NCBI RefSeq assembly: GCF_006345805.1
Contig: NC_042997.1
Span: 149,048,001 to 149,112,000, forward strand
DNA: 64,000 nt
Source of the DNA: Octopus sinensis
Lineage: Eukaryota
Direction: 5' to 3'
The stretch's first letter is position 1. Each line of letters begins with the position of its first letter. Position numbers and translations under genes: made by a program. The notes beneath the pieces are model-generated. The model had not been told where the DNA came from. It made no database searches and saw only the letters and a program-made list of their open reading frames with translations. Positions 41,416 through 52,529 of this stretch are shown piece after piece.

Positions 41416-42984
41416 CATATGCGTATGTGCAAACAGAAGGAATTATGTATCACTGAGTGAGTTATATTTTGTTCCATTTAGATTTTAATCTCACATTCAT
41501 TCACAAACAATTTCTCGGCGTTTTCTTCCTTTGGCTATTATATTTTATTTCCTTTTTAACTACATTGGATATATTTCTCACTTTGACTTTGAATTTATTC
41601 TCATATTGAGGTCGTAAACATCGAGCGGTGTTTTAGGGAACTTGCAGAGGACATCACTGCACAAATAAATTTCATTTATATAATTCGTAATTCAGCTTGA
41701 CAGTAGAAATTGATTATGATATCAGCATATGGTAAATCTTATGACCGTTAAGAAGGAAGTTGTTTCAATTCCTCAAATTACAGGATGTACGAAAAGAAGC
41801 GATAAGAGATTCAAATGATAAGAAACAGGTCCTCGGTCAAATTAGAGTTTGTAAAATATAAATCTTGCATGTCAAGTGCACTATTTCACGTTGCTACACT
41901 CTGCCATTTTTGGAGCCCTCAGGTTTTGACATTTAACCTTGAAATAATCAGCAATTTACATCTTTGAATGTGGGAAAATAATTCTCTCTTCAGTACGCTA
42001 ACATAATAAAAAAAAAGCGTTACGCTAGCAGCAGTGATGGTAAAGCAGTTGAAAATGTGTTCTATGAACGCAAGCAGGCAGTATTTATTTTAAAAGATGA
42101 CGCCATTGAAGTGACTGTCTACATGACTTTTTCATGTACTTGAGTATGTGTGTGTATATTAGATTATTTGTGCGTACACGTACGGTTTGTCGTCAGACTA
42201 GCATGCGTGTTATTGTGACATACATCAAAGTTGTTTCTTATTTTTATTTAAATATGTATTCCTGTACTATTTTTTACTTTCTAAATGAAGGAACTAAATC
42301 TATTCCAAACACATAAAAATACGGGGAAATATGTGTATGTTTACTAGCCGTTGTCTGAAATTTTATTTCGTGTTGTGTCATTCAGGCTGCCTCCTTAACT
42401 ACCAAAGTCTGATGAGAGTTATATAAGTGTGTGCAAATATACATACGCATACATGCATACACGCTTATATACACCCATATAGTCACAAGCAAGAAGAAGA
42501 AGAAGAAGAAGAAGAAGAAGAAGAAGAAGAAGAAGAAGAAGAAGAAGAAGAAGAAGCGAATGTTAAGGTTAGTTGAAATAAACTTATGGAATGTTTCAAC
42601 TTCTTAAGACAGATTCACTACAGAAAAATATTCTGTCTTAAGCTAAATGTTGCAAATACACCGTATCTTCCCCGTACTGCCCCCTGTCCGATTCACAGAC
42701 GCTGCAGCCTGGTAACAGCTAAATAGCTAGAATCGCATGGTTTGAGTATCTGAGCAAGGTCCGTACTGGGAAGACACGGTGTATTTACAACTTTTAGCAT
42801 AAGAGAGATTTTTCTCGATGGTAACTACAGTGAATTTGACTTTAGAAGTCGAAACATTCCACAAATATATTTCAACTTACCTAAAGTTCGCTTTTATGTG
42901 TATACAAAATGCGAGGGCGCACACTCACACAAACACACACAAACATACACACATACATAGAAATACACACACACATTTTTTTTA

Positions 42985-43110
42985 TTCATTTATTTGTTCC
43001 AGTTATTTCACTGCGGACATGCTGAAACACTGCCTTGAATCGAACAAATCGACCGCAGAACTTATTAAATGTAAGCCTGCTATTCATTCTATCGTTATCT
43101 TTTTGCCGAA
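42985..43110 (-). mobile_element. SINE family A 3' remnant
   Basis: TTCACTGCGGACATGCTGAAACACTGCC...TTTTTGCCGAA matches the reverse complement of the family A 3' half. Confidence 0.6.
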
Positions 43111-43119
43111 TAATACACG

Positions 43120-43332
43120 CGGCTCCGGTAGAAGGTAATGGCGAACTTCTGCTGACTCTTTCGCCACAACTTTCTCTCACTCTTTCCTCCTACATATTGC
43201 AGCTAACCTGCGACGGATTGAGTTCCCGTCCAGGTGGGGACCTATACGCCAAGGAAACCGCGAAACCAGCCCTTATGAACCAGGCGTAGCTCGAGAAGGA
43301 ACAAACAACAATAATAATTATTATTATTATTG

Positions 43333-43403
<71 letters not shown>

Positions 43404-43405
43404 AT
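43120..43405 (+). mobile_element. 5'-truncated SINE with shared central domain, LINE-like tail and (ATT)n
   Basis: CTCTTTCGCCACAACTTTCTCTCACTCT domain shared with 45024-45082; tail ...GCTCGAGAAGGAACAAACAAC followed by (ATT)n at 43310-43405. Confidence 0.6.
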
Positions 43406-43439
43406 CATTGCCTTTGCAGAGCCTCTAACGCTGGAGATA

Positions 43440-43750
43440 TATTATTAACGTCACTGCTTGGAATCGAACTCGGATCCTTGGGCTAGAGCCCCGCGCTCTT
43501 AACCACTACGCCATATGCCTGTGGGCATATGTCCACGAGCATATGTTGCAGTGGTTGAGAGCGCGGGGTTCTAACGCCAAGATTTCGATTTTCGATTCCA
43601 GGCAGTGACCTTAATAATAAAAATAACATCAAAAAATACTTTAGGGATGAGAACCCAGGTTCAAAATATCCCGAAGACACCTGATGAATGGTTGGAGGGT
43701 ATAACAACTAACAAGAAGAGGACAAATATCCATAAAATATAAACAGAATC
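43440..43750. mobile_element. Head-to-head inverted pair of tRNA-like SINE heads followed by a tail with a half hammerhead
   Basis: Left arm (minus) has A-box TGGCGTAGTGG (43503-43513) and B-box GTTCGATTCC (43460-43469). Right arm 43539-43619 is its diverged inverted copy. ACAC-CTGATGA at 43677-43687. Confidence 0.7.
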
Positions 43751-44059
43751 AATAGTGTAAATCATATCCATGAAAGTTATCATAAAATTATTTCTAAAAA
43801 TCATAAAATATATTTTCGTGCTGGTTAATTTGCAATATATATTTTTCTCAAATTCCAAGTTAATTACATTTTATTTTTGTTTATATAAGCAGTTTTCGTG
43901 CATAAGCATGTTTGTACATAACCATGTACCAAACACGAACCCATAAACACACACGCACTCGCACATAAGTACACATACAAATTATATATGTTTGTGTGTG
44001 TATATGTGTGCCTGCGTGTGCGTGCGTGCTTGTGCATGTACGTCTATGTATGTATGTAA

Positions 44060-44151
<92 letters not shown>

Positions 44152-44901
44152 CATATGCTGTTGTGTCTGGGGAGAGTCATTTTCTTTTTGTTCGTTATAA
44201 TTTAGCACACACAAAATTTTAGGAAAATAAAAATAAGAAATAAGTGGACATTTTACCGGTGAGTGTGTTAAATTATAAGGCACAAAAAGAAAATTACTCT
44301 TCGCAGACACAACAGAATATGCTTCAACACACGAACTCACATAAACAATCTTGCAAATCAAATCCCAAAACGAAATATATATATATGTGTGTGTGTGTGT
44401 GTTTGTGTGTGTGTTTATGTGTGTTTTGTAAACGAATCCTCTTTTTACGTATTACGAGATTCTATGGGCTTCAAAATTTCTTATGTATCTTAGAACATGA
44501 TCCTCTTACTACTTTTTTATATACTGAGTACACAGATGAAATGCAAGTTCGACTTCACCATTTATTAAGCATAATACAAAAGTACCAATTACAAATCGAT
44601 TCTTCTAGTACATCGTTAAGTTGAAGTACATATTAGATGAAATTTAATTGCCCATTTACTCTACAATCTTTATATTAATCGTCTCAAATACAATAGCGGC
44701 ATGCATGATTATGCTTAATAAAATAGAATATCAACACCACATTTTTAAACGATATTAGAACTCGGATTTACTAGAAAGTTTAATTTCTTGCATACTGTAT
44801 GTTTACCCCAATTATGTGAACTCGACAATCATATATTGCATCTGAAATGTTAAGTGTTACAAACTCAATTCTCTTTCGGAGGCTTCCATATACTTTATTG
44901 T

Positions 44902-45284
44902 GGAGGCGCAATGGCCCAGTGTTTAGGGCAGTGGACTCGCGGTCATAGGATCGCGGTTTCGATTCCCAGACCGGGCGTTGTGAGTGTTTATTGAGCGAAA
45001 ACACCTAAAAGTTCCACGAGGCTCCGGCAGGGGATGGTGGTAATCCCTGCTGTACTCTTTCATCACAGCTTTCTCTCACTCTTACTTCCTGTTTCTGTTG
45101 TACCTGTATTTCAAAGGGCAGGCCTTGTCACTCTTTGTGTCACGCTGAATATCCCGAGAACTACGTTAAGGGTACACGTGTGTGTGGAGTGCTCAGCCAC
45201 TTACACGTTAATTTCACGAGCAGGCAGTTCCGTTGATTCGGATCAACCGGAAGCCTCGTCGTCGTAACCGACGGAGTGCTTCCA
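44902..45284 (+). mobile_element. Full-length tRNA-derived SINE, family F
   Basis: A-box-like TGGCCCAGTGT (44912-44922), B-box-like GTTTCGATTCC (44956-44966), central domain, 3' end CGTCGTAACCGACGGAGTGCTTCCA. Confidence 0.8.
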
Positions 45285-45688
45285 TCTATATACTTTAATA
45301 ATAAGAAACTAATACAAAATTACATTGCCATCAAAATTTATAGAAAAATTTCACAATCTAACAAATGAACGGTATATATGATAATGACTTTTATCATTGT
45401 ACGTTATCATTTAAGCTTCAGTGGATAACACATGAAATTATCCGGCTAAGTGCAGTGATATTTGAACAACCGGGATGATACTTCATAATGAACTTAAATA
45501 TAAACAAATATTTCAAATGTAGGCTTGAATTTGTAAATTATACAAAACAAGACTCGATGCATTCGTGGTTTTCTGAGAAATATGAAAATTCTACATAAAT
45601 TGATTATATGGAAGAGTAATTATCCGCATTGCAAACGAGTTAAGCAGTGAGGTGTTTTCCTACTGTTCAAATTCATAATTTCCCTAAG

Positions 45689-45739
45689 CGTTGTCAAAAT
45701 GTAATTGAGAAGGAATTGTATGATATCACTCAGAGTGAG
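45689..45739 (+). CDS. Candidate internal coding exon (RCQNVIEKELYDITQSE)
   Basis: ATAATTTCCCTAAG acceptor and GAG/GTATGT donor; 51 nt; one open frame; no homology recognised. Confidence 0.25.
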
Positions 45740-47414
45740 GTATGTGGTGATTAACACAAGAATAAAAAATAGAGCTAATGACGAGAAACTCAATCTATAT
45801 TCGAGATTATGATAACCGTCATAAGTTCCAGAGAATATTGATCCTACTGCAAGGAGTAAACTTTTCCAGATATAAACTTTGTTTAGTATAAATATATTTT
45901 GTAGTTTAGCCGTACAGAGCACACCCATTCCGTTCCCGAGTAAATATATTTCCATACTTTCTACCCCAGTTGGAGATAAATAGTTACATTCGTTACCAGA
46001 TTCCGATAGATCAAAAATATTCCACAATGATACACGCAAGTATACATGCATAGGCACAATCGTATATATGTATGCTTGTATGCATAGATATGTATGTGCG
46101 TGTGTTTACGCAGAAAAACACAAACACACACTCAAACATAAATATATATAAATAATATAATTTATCCCCATCTCATATCTCTTATATCAATGGAATCAAG
46201 AGTAAAGGATGTTTATTCAAGTTGATTCAGAATGAAATATTGTCAAAACACACCTGGCAGGAAAGCGAAATTTTAATCCTCAGAGATATGCATGAGTATT
46301 CGAATGCTTTCATCTATATTTCAGTCGACTTTGCAGTGCTGAAAGCTAACTCAGGTCCGTTAATCCTTTATTTATTATTTTTTTGGTCAATAATAAACAT
46401 ATCTTTGCTTCGTTTCGCATATTATGGTTTCATGTATTCAAATTATATTGATTTTAGAAATAAAAGTTGATTCTATACAAAGGTTTTGAACTGCATTTTG
46501 GAAGGTTCAACTGAAGTATCGGATATAGATTTCAACAGTAATTTCCATGATGATATCATCATATAGGCATTAAAGTAATACAGCAGACATTCAGAGAAAT
46601 ATTTGGTAACTAATGATATGAAATGGAGATGCAAAGAAGCATTAGAATTTATTTGGAGTTGAAAGAGCAGATAAACATATTTAGTATAAAATGTTATGAA
46701 ATCGGTATAAAATGTCACTCAAATGTTTACAGAGTTTGATCATTTAAAGCGCATCATATACATATGAATATACATATATAAACGTATGTGTATACATAAG
46801 CGTGTATACACATATATATGTTTGTGCGTATGTATATGTATGGTGTGAGGGTATATATGTATACATATATCTATATGTGTATGTGTGTGTGTGTGTGTGT
46901 GTGAATGTTTATGTAGGTGTGCTACAATTTATACTTTTCTTTGCGAATTCTACAGTACGAGTATGCTAACAGAAATTAGATGAGGCATCAAAGTGTTAAA
47001 ATGTCGGTTGAATCAATGATATCACATATTCACCGATAAGAGAATTTTTTTTTTAAATTCATGGATATGTCAATGATTTATATCGCTTTTCGCATTGCAG
47101 CACATGTTATTTTCATAGTAATGTTCTGGGAACCTGTTCGCATCTTGTGTTCAATTCTAATTCAACCAATACAGTGTATCCTAATATTAATAATATTGAG
47201 AACTTCATTAAGATAACTGTTTGATCTACTCCATAGCTCACAATATGTTTGCTTGCGAAACGTGGCAATAAATATTGTTTTCGTATATAGACGGATGATA
47301 TATACGGATGAAAAAAGTTTTCTTAGTGACAAATAAGAAAACATTTTTCCATCTATCAGACAGACCCCTATTCTGAAATATTAACATACTTCTGTAGGTG
47401 GTAACACTTAATGT

Positions 47415-47650
47415 GGCGAGCTGGCAGAATCGTTAGCGCATCGGGCGAAATGCTTAGCGGTATTTTGTCTGTCGTTACGTTCTGTTTCAAATTCCGCCGA
47501 GGCCAACTTTGCCTTTCATCATTTCGGGATGGATTAAATAAGTACCATTTATGCACTGGGGTCGATATAATCAACTCAATCCATTTGTTTGTCTATCTTT
47601 GTTTGTCTCCTCTATGTTTAGCCCCTTCTGAGCAATAAAGAAATAAGGTA
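47415..47650 (+). mobile_element. SINE family D
   Basis: GGCGAGCTGGCAGAATCGTTAGC...TTCAAATTCCGCCGAGG...AAAGAAATAAGGT, colinear with the 27335 copy. Confidence 0.8.
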
Positions 47651-48193
47651 ACTCTCGAACGCATGACATTTTAAATAGATTTAAATTTTAGTCATAAATA
47701 TCGAAAATTACAACAATATATGTCTAGCTTTAGTTATTCTAAAACTGTAAATCATTTCAGTCAGGGATTGAATATTTATGATTACGAATTCGATTTGATT
47801 GCTGTTTGTAGAGAACCTGACAGCTATAGCATGTTTTAAACTAATCATCATCCACAAACAATCCGTTTCAGTATATTGGACAGAGATTTGTACAAAAAGA
47901 ATGAAAGTTTAAGAGGAACATTTTTCAATATAGCTCGTATAAAGAAAAACAATGAAACACAAAAGGGTGACAAAAATAGAATAGACCAAAGAAAAGAATT
48001 TTGATTCATGGTTGTGTGGTAAGAAGTTTACTTCTCTAACACATGACTCTAGATTCAACGGCACTACCTCGAACCATGCGTAAAGGTCTTTTTTATAGCT
48101 TTACGCCAAATAGAGACTGGTCAGCGAGCGATTTGGTAATTGTAAACTGAAAGACGCCAGCCATATATATACAAATAAAGAAACAAATATATA

Positions 48194-48233
<40 letters not shown>

Positions 48234-48234
<1 letters not shown>

Positions 48235-48657
48235 AATAGTAAAAAGTGAAAAGACTACAGAAGGCTTAAAGGTTAAAAAATATATATTTGAGTCAATATG
48301 TCTGAAGAATATTAAAATGTTTTTTCTTACAATGACATAGTTTAGAAGAAAAACGGTTTCGCGTTAGCTTTTCAAATTTCTTACGACGTTATGTTTATGT
48401 TGAACAGAGTTATCGTTATGTTTATGTTTAAAAGAGTTCCCCTTATTTAGAACTCTTTTAAACATAAACATAACGATAACTCTGTTCAACATAAACATAA
48501 CGTCGTAAGAAATTTGAAAAGCTAAACGCGAAACCGGTCTTTCTTCTAAATTATGTCATTGTAAGAAAAAAAAATTTAATATTCTTCAGACATATTGACT
48601 CAAATATATATTTTTTAATCTTTAAGCCTTCTGTAGTTTTTTCACTTTTTACTATTT
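48234..48657. mobile_element. Fold-back palindrome, ~206-bp arms, 10-nt loop, beside (TA)n
   Basis: Arms 48234-48439 and 48450-48657; loop CCCTTATTTA. A related non-folded copy lies at 51358-51440. Confidence 0.9.
48507..48545 (+). ncRNA. Minimal hammerhead-like motif, U3-A8 variant
   Basis: AAGAAA(U)-UUGAAAA-GC-UAAAC-GC-GAAA-CCGG-U-C/UUUCUU. Stem II is only 2 bp and stem I needs one bulge. A more decayed mirror copy lies at 48346-48382 (-). Confidence 0.45.
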
Positions 48658-48724
48658 ACTATATATTCACCCACGTGCTTTCACAAACCAACTTTCTTAT
48701 CTATATCTATATATATATATATAT

Positions 48725-48900
48725 CAGGTGATCACGACCAGACCATCAGATGTTGTTATACATCGCTGGTCACAATGTGTTCGCATTGTTTTAGCCTTCG
48801 AATGACGCCACCCCGCTGGCTAAGCGAGCAGGCCAACAGAAGAAAGAGTGAAAGAAAGAGTGGTGAAAGAGTACAGCAGGGATCACCACCGCCTGCCGGT
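48725..48900 (-). mobile_element. Partial SINE sharing the family F central domain, different tail
   Basis: 48845-48899 is the reverse complement of CCGGCAGG..GGTGGT.ATCCCTGCTGTACTCTTTCA.CAC. Confidence 0.6.
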
Positions 48901-49144
48901 TCGGCATGTAAAAGCCCCATTCAAGGAAGGTTTAAGTAATACTAAGTAATTAAGGGTTTAGCAATGATTTGCCTCACCACATACCGAATTTAGAAATAGC
49001 AGTCAAAAAGTTTTGGCTATTCTTTCTACTTAAAAGGGAGATCCCAGTCAAACCAAAGCACTTAATATATATATATATTTTAACTTTTTTATCTAGTTTC
49101 AAATCACGAGTTGTGGCCATGCTGGGGCACCGACATTTGGTGTT

Positions 49145-50545
49145 GCTACATGATTTTACTTCACGAATGCTTTTTAGCAATTGCCATTTGGTGCATGAGA
49201 GAGTTCGATGCAGCTGCCCACAACTGCACCTCCTGCCGTGAAGTTGGTTCATCTGGGACACCTGACAAGAAGTGATTCAGTTTTATTTTAAAGACATCTG
49301 CATCAACTCCATGCAGGTCTCTCAGGTTCTTCGGGAGGATTTTGAAGAGCTGTATGCCTCGGAAGCCCAGGCTATCACAGTATCTTGTCCTACATCTTGA
49401 TGGCAAATTTGGAGTCCTTGGCACTGTGCAGTGGCGCCCAGTTCTGGCATTTGTGTAACTCTCTTCTAGGATCTTCCAGATGTATATTATGGCATATCTT
49501 TCTCGCCTACGCTCTAAGGAATAGAGTCTCAATCTCTTGAGTCTTTCCCAGTAGCTTATATGCTGCACAGAGGCTATCTTCTTCGTGTAGCTTCGTTGGA
49601 TCGCCTCAAGTTCTGTGATTAACTTGACACTGGATGATGATCAAAGCTGGGAGCAATAGTGAAAGTGGCTTAGGACAAGTGTCCTCCAGAGAACCATCAT
49701 GGTTTCCTGGTCTCTTGTTCTAAAAGTTCTAAGAATCCATCCGGCCAGCCGCCTACATTTCATTGCCAATTTAGCAACATGCACATGAAAGATTGCATCA
49801 TCACTCATGTAAATACCCAGATCTCGCACTGATCGTGCCTCTGGGATTGCACTCCCTCCCGGTCCAGTGTTTGCATGCTGATACCATAAAGCTTGAAACT
49901 TTTCAGCATTGAAATGCACGCTATTCTTTTCAGCCCACTTGTATATTTTGTCCAGCTCACATTGCAGGTGCTTAGTGTCTTCAGGGTTCTGCATTGCCTG
50001 TGAAACTTTTGTATCTTCTGCATAACTTGTGATCGTGGCTTTCTGCGTGGATGAGGGCATGTCTGAGAGGGACATTATGAACAGTACTGGTCCCAAAACA
50101 GTGCCTTGCGGAACACCGCTCACTATTTGCGTGTTAATTGGCTACTACCACTTGACTTCTATCCTTCAGAAAGTCATGGAGCCATTCTCCCAATTTTCCA
50201 ACTATGCCAAGATCATGCAGTTTGTGACATATCATTCCATGATCGACTTTATCAAAGGCCTTTGCAAAGTCGAGATATATGACTTCCACATTTGAGTGGT
50301 TGAGCAGTCGTTTCAGCACCCAGTCATAGTGTTGTAGGAGCTGAGATAAGCAGCTTCTTCCTGGTCGGAAGTCATGTTGGGTGTCAGGCAGCAAGTCATT
50401 TTCTTCAAGGAAAGTGATTAGTTTCCTTCTGACTATTCGTTCCATGACCTTGCTGATGAGTGATGTCAGAGAGATAGGTCTGTAGTTCTTGGCCTCCGCT
50501 CTGATACCTCTTTTATGAATAGGGCATATTTTACCTTTCTTCAGT
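49145..50545 (-). mobile_element. 5'-truncated CR1/L2-group LINE reverse transcriptase pseudogene
   Basis: NYRPISLTS, YLDFAKAFDKV, SGVPQGTVLGP, YAEDT (YADD mutated), VRDLG, SLERRR; frameshift and stop; 5' junction in (GATA)n. Confidence 0.92.
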
Positions 50546-50900
50546 TTTCTTGGAATAGATAGATAGATAGATAGATAGATAGACAGATAGATAGATACAC
50601 AGATAAATAGATAGATAAGTGGCAGCATAATAATGTCTATGTAGGATGAATATGTGCTGAGTCAGTTTTGCGATCCTGCTACGTGCTAGATGTTGCTAGA
50701 TGTTCGCTTCCCATGCTAACAATATATATTGTATATAAAGCTTCCGGAGGCGCATCGATAAGTAACTGGCGGAGAATTTTCGCGGGGCTAAACTAGTAGT
50801 AACAAGGAGCAGATACATTCTTGTGGCTACTGACTTTACTTGTTAGTATAGTTACTTACTACTCTGATCCTTTGTTGAGATTTTCCAACTAGCTATTTTG

Positions 50901-50933
<33 letters not shown>

Positions 50934-51646
50934 GGGAGTGCGTGTGGGCGTGTGTGTATACATTTCATGATTGCAAATTATCCACAGTAATTGTTATATT
51001 AGCCTCCTATTTAATGATTGCAACTCTCAGTCTAAGCTACAACTAGTGAATTATATTTCTTTTATTAACGTACCGCATCACGATATCATTCCTGTGAAAT
51101 TATATAGTTTCGTAAATATCAATATATGTACAAAGCAAATCTTATGTATGCAAATGAAACAATCCTGTTCTTATTCATTCATAAGCTATGCTTGAGTTAC
51201 TATTTACATCATTACTTGGTACCTGAAGAAATTTTCAATGAAACTGGAAACTTGAGATGGCCAACATATGTCGTCAACGTAATAAATTTACGTGCATATA
51301 TACATTTATATATTTATATATATCCGCAGCCCACGAGCTGAAAACGATTTTTCAATATTCTTACGACGTTATGTTTATGTTGAACAGAGTTATCGTTATG
51401 TTTATGTTTAAAAGAGTTCTAAATAAGGGGAACTCTTTTAAATTTGTACAATTATAGAGTAGAAATGTATTATTTGTACAATTATAGAGTAGAAATGTAT
51501 TATTCTTAAACAAGAATATTGATGAAAGTGAATTCGAAATTTTAGTCTAACACATATATGTATATACATGTAACTGAATACACACAAACACACACACACA
51601 CGCATATATATATAAAAAAATAAAGTATGTATATATATGTATGCTT

Positions 51647-51693
<47 letters not shown>

Positions 51694-52433
51694 ATCTTAC
51701 AGAAAGTTGTTCGGAATTCATGGGTCACTTAATAGTTATACGTCTTAATATGCATATTTTATTTTTATTCTATTATTTTATATCTTAATATGCGTAACAG
51801 GATTTCAAAAAGAATATTTTCTGTATTTGTTTAACACCATGGTACATCCTTTACTAAGATTAGAGAAACGTGTTCAATGTATTAGATTATTTTCTAAAAC
51901 GGACATCAATGAAGACTGCAGAATAACGGAAGCAGCTTTTGGGCTACCGGCACAACTATGCACTACTAGAATATTATCCTTGTTTAGAACTAATATACAG
52001 ACATATGTATTTAAGCACACACGACACTGTGGGTTGTGTGTAAGCTTGTACATACTCATAGAAATTTGAATCTGTGTGTCTGTGAGTGTGTATCTGTGTG
52101 TGTGCGTGCGTGTGTGTACAATATTGCTATATCTGTTTTTCTCCTGAATTTCTTCAATCTATTGGTAATATCCATTAATATCTTATATTCTATTATTTTC
52201 TTATTCCAGATTTATAAATAATTAATGTATAATATCTTGCCATAGATGAAAATATAAATAAAATAATGATGAAAAGTATATAAATGTTAAAAATTGTATT
52301 AGGAAAACGTCTTATCTCAGATTTTGCTGTAACATCTGCAATGATTAAAACAAGAAAATTGTCTAGTCAATGAGATTTTAATAATAGATTATAAAATTAT
52401 TGTTGATATTGTCGTTTTGTTTGCTGCCTGCAG

Positions 52434-52529
52434 GAAATACTGCGCAATGTCATTTCTTACATTTATTATTGCAAAAGTTTGTGCGTGTCGTTTAGTACAG
52501 TGAAAATAGAAGCCATCATTCAGATAAAG
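52434..52529 (+). CDS. Candidate internal exon (EILRNVISYIYYCKSLCVSFSTVKIEAIIQIK)
   Basis: GTTTTGTTTGCTGCCTGCAG acceptor and AAG/GTGAAT donor; 96 nt, phase 0-0, one open frame; no homology recognised. Confidence 0.2.

Noticed and set aside
44902-44975. tRNA gene
   Set aside because: A/B-box-like motifs are present, but there is no proper cloverleaf and it continues into a SINE body; the same applies to 43450-43518.
45620-46057. 145-aa hydrophobic minus-strand ORF as a membrane protein
   Set aside because: No recognisable motif; AT-rich DNA yields hydrophobic translations by chance.
51443-51502. 30-bp direct tandem duplication
   Set aside because: Two copies only; ordinary slippage.
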